Below the pieces are notes generated by a model. That model saw only the letters and a program-made list of their open reading frames with translations. It was not told the DNA's origin and did no database searches. Positions 1 through 5,001 of a DNA stretch of 5,001 nt are shown in pieces. The stretch is taken from the IMG/VR virus record IMGVR_UViG_2651869785_000016. One strand, 5' to 3'. A program made the translations under genes and the position numbers. The DNA comes from a virus (lineage: Duplodnaviria; Heunggongvirae; Uroviricota; Caudoviricetes). Position 1 is the stretch's first letter, and every line of letters begins with the position of its first letter.

Positions 1-130
1 GCTGATTGCCCCTCCGCACAGGGGGATTCACCATGCCAGTTTCTTTTAACAAACTCCCCGCAAACCAGACAACAGTCAACCGCCTGAATTGTGAGGTATT
101 TAAAAATTTCAACGGGTAACTGATACCCTG

Positions 131-283
131 CTAATCGCCTGATGCTTTCTTTTTCAGCAACGGGAAAGCAACAACCACCACACCCGCCACCAGCACACCG
201 TCAGCCAGCACTGACATTATCCGGCTGCTGAAGTCCACCATCACCACCAGAAACAGCAGGAGCGCAACCACAGCCAGACGCAT
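131..283 (-). CDS. Hypothetical small hydrophobic protein (50 aa), possible membrane peptide
   Basis: Own translation of the minus strand: ATG at 283-281, TAG at 133-131, product MRLAVVALLLFLVVMVDFSSRIMSVLADGVLVAGVVVVAFPLLKKKASGD. Two hydrophobic stretches and a basic C-terminus. Starts 8 nt after the TerB-like stop. No clear Shine-Dalgarno; below the size cutoff of the ORF track. Confidence 0.25.
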   Translation of the reverse strand: MRLAVVALLLFLVVMVDFSSRIMSVLADGVLVAGVVVVAFPLLKKKASGD

Positions 284-291
284 TTTTACCG

Positions 292-723
292 TCACAGATG
301 ATTCTCCAGACGAAGGCCCAGAACACCGGCAATCTCTTCCAGCACCTTGCGCTCTTCCGGCTCTATTTCGCCGTCTGCTTCGGCAATGGCCACCGCCACA
401 TCCAGCACGTCTTCCGCTTCACGCGTATCGTGTTTCACATCCTCGATCTCACGTAACGCCGCACGACGACCAATTTTAAAGTTCGTATCCAGCTGACCGA
501 TAATGGTTGCGCTAATCGCATTAATTTCTGACGTAAACGCGGACAAGGTGGGCTGGTTACGTAATACCTGTTCGATCTTCGCTTTCTCGGAAGCCTCACA
601 TTCACCATCGGCATAAGCCACCAGGTATGCAGCGTTAATCACTGCCTGTGCCAGATCGCGTTTTTCAAACTTTTTAATTTCCGCAGCCGCTCTGCGGGTT
701 TTCTTTTTGAAGATTCCAAGCAT
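292..723 (-). CDS. TerB-family (tellurite-resistance TerB-like) protein, 143 aa; prophage moron
   Basis: The track ORF 292..795 has an internal ATG at 723-721 (MLGIFKKK...) preceded by AAGGAA 8 nt upstream, so the start was trimmed to 723. The product has the two repeated A-x-A-D-G-x-x-x-x-E-E-K segments typical of TerB (AAYLVAYADGECEASEKAKI and AVAIAEADGEIEPEERKVL). Family assignment is from recalled TerB sequences, not a search. Confidence 0.7.
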   Translation of the reverse strand: MLGIFKKKTRRAAAEIKKFEKRDLAQAVINAAYLVAYADGECEASEKAKIEQVLRNQPTLSAFTSEINAISATIIGQLDTNFKIGRRAALREIEDVKHDTREAEDVLDVAVAIAEADGEIEPEERKVLEEIAGVLGLRLENHL

Positions 724-855
724 TGTGACGTTCCTTTGGGTGGGTGAGCCAACGCCCGGGAGCGATCTGCCCACAGAGAAAGTCACACTGACCACTCCGT
801 AAGCTCACCCCCGAAAGGCTCTGTGGTTGATATGCGCCGGGCGTGGCGCGGAGAC

Positions 856-879
856 AAAAAAGGCCCGCAAAAGCGAGCC
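856..879 (-). terminator. Intrinsic terminator downstream of the tRNA cluster (minus strand)
   Basis: Plus strand has A6 (856-861), then GGCCCGC (862-868), AAAA, GCGAGCC (873-879). On the minus-strand RNA this is a 7-bp GC-rich stem with one G-U pair, a UUUU loop and a U6 tail, about 15 nt after the last tRNA 3' end. Confidence 0.55.
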
Positions 880-893
880 GGGAAAAATAAGTC

Positions 894-970
894 TGGCGCG
901 TTGTACTGGATTCGAACCAGTGACCGGTTGCTTAGAAGGCAATTGCTCTGTCCGGCTGAGCTAACAACGC
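894..970 (-). tRNA. argO: tRNA-Arg, anticodon UCU (77 nt, CCA encoded)
   Basis: Reverse complement folds as a cloverleaf: acceptor GCGTTGT/ACAACGC, D-arm GCTC...GAGC, anticodon arm ATTGC-CTTCTAA-GCAAC, T-arm ACTGG-TTCGAAT-CCAGT, discriminator G, CCA. Symbol assigned by position in the recalled phage ileZ-argN-argO order. Confidence 0.85.
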
Positions 971-983
971 AGGGTACAGATAA

Positions 984-1060
984 TGGACCGCCATCGAGGA
1001 CTCGAACCCCGCGCAACCAGCTTCGAAGGCTGGCGCTCTTTCCTGATGAGCTAATGGCGG
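984..1060 (-). tRNA. argN: tRNA-Arg, anticodon UCG (77 nt, CCA encoded)
   Basis: Reverse complement: acceptor CCGCCAT/ATGGCGG, D-arm GCTC...GAGC, anticodon arm CCAGC-CTTCGAA-GCTGG, T-arm CGGGG-TTCGAGT-CCTCG, discriminator U, CCA. Symbol by position in the recalled phage trio. Confidence 0.85.
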
Positions 1061-1067
1061 TATGTAA

Positions 1068-1143
1068 TGGTGGCCCTTGCTGGATTTGAACCAGCGACCT
1101 GGCGATTATGAGTCGCTCGCTCTCACCACTGAGCCAAAGGGCC
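1068..1143 (-). tRNA. ileZ: tRNA with CAU anticodon (76 nt): tRNA-Ile2 (lysidine-type, AUA-reading) or tRNA-Met
   Basis: Reverse complement: acceptor GGCCCTT/AAGGGCC, D-arm GCTC...GAGC, anticodon arm AGCGA-CTCATAA-TCGCC, T-arm GCTGG-TTCAAAT-CCAGC, discriminator A, CCA. Ile versus Met cannot be decided from the anticodon alone; the ileZ symbol is by analogy with the phage trio. Confidence 0.8.
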
Positions 1144-1152
1144 GGGAGCCGC

Positions 1153-1181
1153 ATAATAACGACGCGTAATTAATTCTTCAA
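1153..1181 (-). promoter_or_regulatory. Candidate sigma70 promoter for the tRNA operon
   Basis: On the minus strand: -35 TTGAAG (1181-1176), 17-nt spacer, -10 TATTAT (1158-1153), about 9 nt before the first tRNA 5' end at 1143. Overlaps the 3' end of the methylase remnant. Motif match only. Confidence 0.35.
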
Positions 1182-1183
1182 TA

Positions 1184-1462
1184 TCATCCGTTCTGGCTGA
1201 CTAAATCCTGAACTTCCCTGACCGTCTGCTCAAAACGTTCAGTCTCCAGCTCAACACCAGTTGCACGACGTCCCAGCGCCATCGCTGCTTTGACTGTCGA
1301 ACCCGACCCCATGAAGAAATCTGCAACCAGGTCACCCGGACGACTGCTCGCGCTGATTATCTGCTGCAGCATTTCTGCCGGTTTTTCGCACGGATGTTTC
1401 CCGGGATAGAACTGCACCAGTTTATGCGTCCAGACATCGGTATACGGCACCTGCGCCGTCAC
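1184..1462 (-). pseudogene. Remnant of an N6-adenine/N4-cytosine DNA methyltransferase (PF01555-like, C-terminal half only)
   Basis: Product contains the HPxxKP-like motif (HPCEKP) and the AdoMet motif DFFMGSGST but no DPPY catalytic motif. The ORF begins at a GTG; the frame stays open upstream to 1543 with no ATG and runs through the terminator hairpin. The N-terminal half would have to lie where the AT-rich cassette now sits. Confidence 0.6.
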
Positions 1463-1520
1463 GCCAAAATACCGCCGCAGTCGGCATTCACAACCACCAG
1501 CGCATTTAACGTTCAGCCAT

Positions 1521-1545
1521 AAAAAAACCCGCTCGCGGCGGGTTT
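1521..1545 (-). terminator. Intrinsic terminator (minus strand) at the left edge of the AT-rich cassette
   Basis: Minus-strand RNA reads AAA-CCCGC-CGCGA-GCGGG followed by U7: a GC stem extendable by A-U pairs plus a long U tail. On the plus strand only three U follow the stem, so it is much weaker in that direction. Could be a tR'-like element or an insulator for the cassette; function not established. Confidence 0.55.
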
Positions 1546-1590
1546 AAGCTGTGTGGCGAAGTAACCACTCTTAACAGATTACAATGATTT

Positions 1591-1619
1591 TTGCGTACGC
1601 GTTAGCATTTTCGTAAAAT
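1591..1619 (+). promoter_or_regulatory. Candidate sigma70 promoter for the cassette operon
   Basis: -35 TTGCGT (1591-1596), 17-nt spacer, -10 TAAAAT (1614-1619), predicted start about 25 nt upstream of the ATG at 1651. Weak -35; motif-level call only. Confidence 0.3.
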
Positions 1620-1650
1620 ACATTACCTTGCAACCATTTCAGTATAAAAA

Positions 1651-3441
1651 ATGAGCACAGAATTAAAACTAAAGAAAATTATGGCATCGTCTAAAATTGA
1701 GCCATTTATTAGACATATTCGTTTTCCTTTTTTTAAAAACCTTGCAGAGGGTAGCAAGATTGATTTTGAGTATCCAATTACAGCATTAGTTGGTCAAAAC
1801 GGAACCAATAAAAGTTCTGTTTTAAGAGCCCTATTCGGTTCTCCAAACAACTATTCTCTGGGTAGCTTATGGTTTTCTACAGATGTAGATGAGATTAAAG
1901 ATGGTGGTCGTTCTAGATTTATTTATGGATATTATGACAAAGCTACTGATTCAATTGTTGAAGTAATTAAAACTCGAATCTCTAAAGAAAATGATCCTGA
2001 TTACTGGGAACCATCCAGACCATTAAAATCCGACAACATGGCTCCAATGCCTAGCACAAAAATCTCAACCAATCAACTAAGGACTAGGTGGAAAGCTATT
2101 GACAAAAATGTAATATATTTAGATTTCAGAGCAACTATCAGTGCATTTGATAAGTTCTTTTATCATTCTGATTTTCATACATACCCTAAGAAAGATTATC
2201 TTAGAAAACGCAGTCAGATGCTAAAAGACATTATAGATAACGATCTTAAAAAATATCAACCTCATAAAGGAAAAAAAGACAAGCTATTTGTTAACACTTT
2301 ATTAGAAAAAAGTAAGGTAGAGGCAATCAGCAAGATTTTAGGTCGCAAATACACAAGCATCCGCCTTATTGAACATAGCTTATTCACTAATGACAAAGCT
2401 CCCACAATTATTCTTCAATCAGAAAACTTAAAATATTCTGAAGCTTTCGCAGGCAGTGGGGAATTTGCTGTATCTATATTAGTGCATAAACTAATGGATA
2501 GCCCTGATGCATCTTTAATTCTGCTAGATGAACCTGAAGTATCACTTCACCCTTCTGCTCAATGTCAATTGATGGAATTTTTATCAGAACAAGCACTTAA
2601 AAAGAAACATCAAATTGTCATATCCACACATTCATCAACAATAGTAAAAGACTTGCCTAAAAATGCCATAAAATTATTCTGTCTGAATGATAAAATAGGA
2701 AAGGTTGATGTTCTTCAAAATGTCAGTCCAGAAGAATCTTTCTTTATTCTTGGTGAACGCATTGATAAAAGAACCGTTATTGTAGAAGATCGGTTAGCGA
2801 AGAGGTTTGTAGAAAAGGCGCTTAAAGCGGGTGGTGAAGCATTATTAAACTCCTTCGAAGTAAAACATGTTCCTGGAGGAGCGGGAAGTATTCTTCAAAC
2901 TTTGGCTGTGCCTTTATGTGTTGCCAATGTTAAAAACGTTATTTTCTTATTAGATGGTGACCAATCGAGAACTGATGATTATCCAACTTCTGATTCCATA
3001 CCAGAAAATCAAAACACAAACCTTCAAAACATCATAAAAGAAATAACCAATCAAGATATAAAATTTAGTTGTGATGGTTCTAATGGCTCATCAAATAACA
3101 ATCAAAAATACAAAATGCAAAGAAATTTTATCGATTTCATCCACGATAAAATTGCTTTTCTTCCTGTTTATACTCCTGAAGCATTTCTTATTGAGAATGT
3201 TCATGGTGATTATAAAGAATATAAAGATCAAATCCCCAAAAACATTCAAGATGCTAAAGAAATCACCAAAGAACTTTGTAAGTTAGACACAGGGTTGGAG
3301 AACGTTACCAGTGACGATATCTTTGAAACACAAATCAGAATTCTTAATAAAATACCAAATAATCATGAAGTGTTAACAAAAACTCGAGAGTTGCTGCAAA
3401 TCTTTTTAGATAATGATACTATCAGACCAAGAGTGAGGTAG
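1651..3441 (+). CDS. ABC-type ATPase (AAA_21/AAA_15-like) fused to a C-terminal Toprim-like nuclease domain; OLD-family/PARIS-like defence protein, 596 aa
   Basis: Long ORF in AT-rich DNA. P-loop GQNGTNKSS (res 48-56), ABC-signature-like AGSGEFAVSIL, Walker B with D-loop LILLDEPEVSLHP (D293/E294), H-loop ISTHS (H327). C-terminal Toprim hallmarks: acidic TVIVEDR (E379) and FLLDGDQS (D435/D437) about 56 residues later. No Shine-Dalgarno at 1651; ATG at 1681 (M11) is an alternative start. Domain calls are by motif recognition, not a search. Confidence 0.8.
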   Translation: MSTELKLKKIMASSKIEPFIRHIRFPFFKNLAEGSKIDFEYPITALVGQNGTNKSSVLRALFGSPNNYSLGSLWFSTDVDEIKDGGRSRFIYGYYDKATDSIVEVIKTRISKENDPDYWEPSRPLKSDNMAPMPSTKISTNQLRTRWKAIDKNVIYLDFRATISAFDKFFYHSDFHTYPKKDYLRKRSQMLKDIIDNDLKKYQPHKGKKDKLFVNTLLEKSKVEAISKILGRKYTSIRLIEHSLFTNDKAPTIILQSENLKYSEAFAGSGEFAVSILVHKLMDSPDASLILLDEPEVSLHPSAQCQLMEFLSEQALKKKHQIVISTHSSTIVKDLPKNAIKLFCLNDKIGKVDVLQNVSPEESFFILGERIDKRTVIVEDRLAKRFVEKALKAGGEALLNSFEVKHVPGGAGSILQTLAVPLCVANVKNVIFLLDGDQSRTDDYPTSDSIPENQNTNLQNIIKEITNQDIKFSCDGSNGSSNNNQKYKMQRNFIDFIHDKIAFLPVYTPEAFLIENVHGDYKEYKDQIPKNIQDAKEITKELCKLDTGLENVTSDDIFETQIRILNKIPNNHEVLTKTRELLQIFLDNDTIRPRVR

Positions 3442-3444
3442 ATA

Positions 3445-4485
3445 ATGGCTAAAAAGATACACGTTTACGATTTCTTTTCCGGCTGCGGCGGAACCAGTGT
3501 AGGCCTAAAAGCGGTGGGAATGGAAATTATTTTCGGTTTAGATATTGATCTAGATTCCGCTAACACCTTTAAAATGAATAATCCATTTGCACATTTTATC
3601 AATGGTGATATCAAAGATACACACGTTGAGGAAATTAAGCATCTGGTTTGTGCGTCAACACAAAGCAAAGCTCTAACCCTATTTTGTGGTTGTGCTCCAT
3701 GTCAACCATTCTCGAAACAAAATAAAATACGGAACGAGGATGATCCGAGAAAAGATCTGCTTACTGAGTTTGCACGGTTTGTCTCTTATTATACGCCAGA
3801 CTTTGTACTGGTAGAGAATGTACCAGGAATCCAAAATGTCGATATTAACAATGGAAATTTCCAGAAATTTCTTGAGGTTTTAGCACATCATCACTACAAC
3901 GTTGATTTTGGTGTGATTCCTGCGTTGTGGTTCGGGGTTCCTCAAACACGTGAACGTTTTGTTTTACTGGCGTCAAAACACACGAATATTAAGCTTCCAT
4001 CACAAACTCATGATGGGTTAAAAACTCCGTATGCAACTGTCAGAGACTGGATCGGCGGATTACCTCCTATTGCTGCCGGTGAAACTCATAAAGATGTTAT
4101 GGATCATACAGCAGCCAAACTATCTGATCTAAATATTAAACGTATTAAAGCGACTCCTGAGGGAAAAGGTAGAGAATCTTGGCCTGAAGAACTTATACTA
4201 AAATGCCATAAAAAATATAAAGGGCATACTGATGTTTATGGACGGCTTTCTTGGGACAAACCAGCAAGTGGATTAACAACTAGATGTATAAGCTATTCGA
4301 ATGGACGTTTCGGACATCCAGAGCAAGATAGGGCTATTTCTGTTAGAGAGGCTGCGTTATTACAGACTTTCCCATTAGACTATTCCTTCACAGGCTCTTT
4401 AGTCTCGAAAGCCAAACAGATAGGGAATGCAGTCCCTCCCAAGATGGCTGAAGCTCTTGGAAGGGCTATCATCGCATCACTTTAA
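3445..4485 (+). CDS. DNA (cytosine-5)-methyltransferase, Dcm/M.HhaI-like, 346 aa
   Basis: Canonical m5C-MTase motifs in standard order: I DFFSGCGG (res 9-16), IV GCAPCQPFS with catalytic Cys86, VI ENV (124-126), VIII QTRERF (167-172), variable target-recognition region, IX REAALLQTFPLDY (301-313), X GNAVPP (327-332). GAGG Shine-Dalgarno 6 nt upstream, inside the 3' end of the upstream gene; 3-nt intergenic gap indicates translational coupling. Confidence 0.9.
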   Translation: MAKKIHVYDFFSGCGGTSVGLKAVGMEIIFGLDIDLDSANTFKMNNPFAHFINGDIKDTHVEEIKHLVCASTQSKALTLFCGCAPCQPFSKQNKIRNEDDPRKDLLTEFARFVSYYTPDFVLVENVPGIQNVDINNGNFQKFLEVLAHHHYNVDFGVIPALWFGVPQTRERFVLLASKHTNIKLPSQTHDGLKTPYATVRDWIGGLPPIAAGETHKDVMDHTAAKLSDLNIKRIKATPEGKGRESWPEELILKCHKKYKGHTDVYGRLSWDKPASGLTTRCISYSNGRFGHPEQDRAISVREAALLQTFPLDYSFTGSLVSKAKQIGNAVPPKMAEALGRAIIASL

Positions 4486-4487
4486 AA

Positions 4488-4509
4488 GCGGAGCCCTAGA
4501 GGGCTTCGC
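4488..4509. terminator. Convergent hairpin between the MTase and Q 3' ends; plausible terminator mainly for minus-strand (Q) transcripts
   Basis: GCGGAGCCC-TAGA-GGGCTTCGC: 9-bp stem with one G-U pair and a 4-nt loop, starting 3 nt after the MTase stop and containing the Q stop codon (4496-4498). The minus-strand RNA has UUUU immediately after the stem; the plus-strand RNA has an A-rich tail, so it is weak in that direction. Confidence 0.4.
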
Positions 4510-4852
4510 CTAACAATAATAGAATACCTGATATAAACCCTATAGCTCCCTGAAGCTCTTTTCTAATTGCTCCATCAGAGCATTTTCTTTTCTTAGCAAT
4601 GGTGCGTAATGAGATACCAATCACAAAATGAGCAATGATCAGCTCATATTCTTCTGGTTTATACTTCCGCAGGCGGGCGACACAGCCATCAATCATGATG
4701 CCTTCATCATCATCGCACTGAATCCGGGACTTTCTGCCATGAGGTAAAAGCCCCTTGAAGCCAGCGGCTACCGGTTGCCAATCCACACCACTGTTCTCTG
4801 CCGCAGCCCACGCTCCCCAACGGTCTAATACTTCATACATATCACACATCAA
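4496..4852 (-). CDS. Q: Phage late-gene antitermination protein Q (QuuD-like family), 118 aa
   Basis: Product has the LDRWGAWAA...AAGFKGL...KSRIQCDDDE...GCVARL...CSDGAIRKELQ pattern I recall from E. coli prophage Q/QuuD antiterminators. GGAG Shine-Dalgarno about 8 nt upstream of the ATG. The C-terminus (...GILLLLGEAL) ends earlier than I recall for QuuD and abuts the cassette junction. Confidence 0.75.
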   Translation of the reverse strand: MMCDMYEVLDRWGAWAAAENSGVDWQPVAAGFKGLLPHGRKSRIQCDDDEGIMIDGCVARLRKYKPEEYELIIAHFVIGISLRTIAKKRKCSDGAIRKELQGAIGFISGILLLLGEAL

Positions 4853-4866
4853 CTTTCTCCACCAAA

Positions 4867-5001
4867 TCAGGCTAGCACACCAATTGCCAACGCACGGTCG
4901 ATAAAACGAAATATCAGCTCCAGCTGGGAGCCATACTTCTCTTCGAATGCCACATTATCCGCATGCAGCTCGTCGTGATGCTTTCTGCACAAAGGCAACA
5001 C
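4867..5001 (-). CDS. C-terminal fragment (44 codons) of an upstream prophage gene; possible HNH/His-Me-finger-like motif
   Basis: Own translation of the minus strand entering at the window edge: VLPLCRKHHDELHADNVAFEEKYGSQLELIFRFIDRALAIGVLA, stop TGA at 4869-4867, 14 nt upstream of Q. LCRKHH...H resembles the C-terminal half of HNH motifs. The gene continues beyond the window. Confidence 0.45.
   Translation of the reverse strand: MLPLCRKHHDELHADNVAFEEKYGSQLELIFRFIDRALAIGVLA

Larger units (their letters stand above)
1546..4487. other. AT-rich horizontally acquired cassette (two-gene ATPase-nuclease plus C5-MTase module)
   Basis: Abrupt drop in GC relative to both flanks, by eye to roughly one third GC against about half in the flanks. 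Genes run opposite to the surrounding phage genes, codon usage is rich in ATA/AGA/TTA, and both ends are marked by hairpins (1521-1545, 4488-4509). No integrase, transposase or long terminal repeats are visible in the window. Confidence 0.6.

Noticed and set aside
10-26. Hairpin CCCCT-CCGCACA-AGGGG near the left edge
   Set aside because: Only a 5-bp stem with no U-run on either strand; not convincing as a terminator and no other function is evident from the window.
33-122. Short plus-strand ORF (29 aa, MPVSFNKLPANQ...)
   Set aside because: No ribosome-binding site and no recognisable features; cannot be distinguished from a chance ORF.
724-795. N-terminal 24-codon extension of the TerB-like ORF (start at 795)
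   Set aside because: The internal ATG at 723 has a good AAGGAA Shine-Dalgarno and begins the conserved TerB-like region; the upstream extension starts at a non-ATG codon and has no ribosome-binding site.
823-1089. Track ORF of 88 aa on the plus strand
   Set aside because: Antisense to the tRNA cluster and terminator; the R/P-rich low-complexity product is typical of translating GC-rich tRNA DNA.
783-1154. Track ORF of 123 aa on the minus strand
   Set aside because: It lies entirely over the three tRNA genes and their terminator; the reading frame is an artefact of structured tRNA sequence, with no ribosome-binding site or recognisable protein features.
1463-1543. Possible longer, intact methylase by extending the 1184..1462 ORF upstream
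   Set aside because: The frame is open to 1543 but has no ATG/GTG/TTG start, runs through the terminator hairpin, and still lacks any DPPY-type catalytic motif; best explained as a truncated remnant.
1628-1648. TTGCAA ... TATAAA as the cassette promoter
   Set aside because: Spacer is only 9 nt, incompatible with sigma70 geometry; the TATAAA more likely belongs to the AT-rich translation-initiation region. The TTGCGT/TAAAAT pair at 1591-1619 is the better, though still weak, candidate.
1546-1650. Minus-strand pR'-like late promoter immediately upstream of the 1521-1545 terminator
   Set aside because: Only poor -35/-10 combinations are found on the minus strand (for example TTACGA with AAAAAT), so a late promoter cannot be supported from sequence alone.
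3071-3286. Track ORF of 71 aa on the plus strand inside the ATPase-Toprim gene
   Set aside because: An alternative frame wholly inside the 596-aa gene; the I/K/L/F-rich product is what out-of-frame translation of AT-rich DNA gives.
3465-3668. Track ORF of 67 aa on the minus strand inside the MTase gene
   Set aside because: Antisense to the well-supported m5C-MTase N-terminus (motif I region); no independent support.
1554-4509. Inverted 7-mer GGCGAAG at both cassette edges (1554-1560 plus strand; 4503-4509 minus strand) as possible terminal inverted repeats
   Set aside because: Too short to be significant, and the right-hand copy is simply part of the junction hairpin stem; no longer flanking repeat or target-site duplication could be found by eye.

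Overview
This window reads as the late-regulatory/moron region of a lambdoid prophage in an enterobacterial (E. coli-like) genome, transcribed on the minus strand, with an AT-rich foreign cassette inserted in the opposite orientation. Minus strand, right to left: the 3' end of an upstream gene (4867-5001), a Q-family antiterminator (4496-4852), the remnant of an N6/N4 DNA methyltransferase lacking its N-terminal half (1184-1462), three tRNAs matching the ileZ-argN-argO trio of Stx-type phages (anticodons CAU, UCG, UCU; 894-1143), a TerB-family protein (292-723) and a small hydrophobic ORF (131-283). Between Q and the methylase remnant lies a cassette of about 2.9 kb (roughly 1546-4487), visibly lower in GC than the flanks, carrying two translationally coupled plus-strand genes: a 596-aa ABC-type ATPase fused to a Toprim-like nuclease domain (OLD/PARIS-like) and a 346-aa C5-cytosine DNA methyltransferase with all canonical motifs in order. 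I do not recognise this nuclease-methylase pairing as a described system, and it is the main candidate for a new restriction-modification-like defence module. All calls are from reading the sequence and recalled family motifs; no database search was run.
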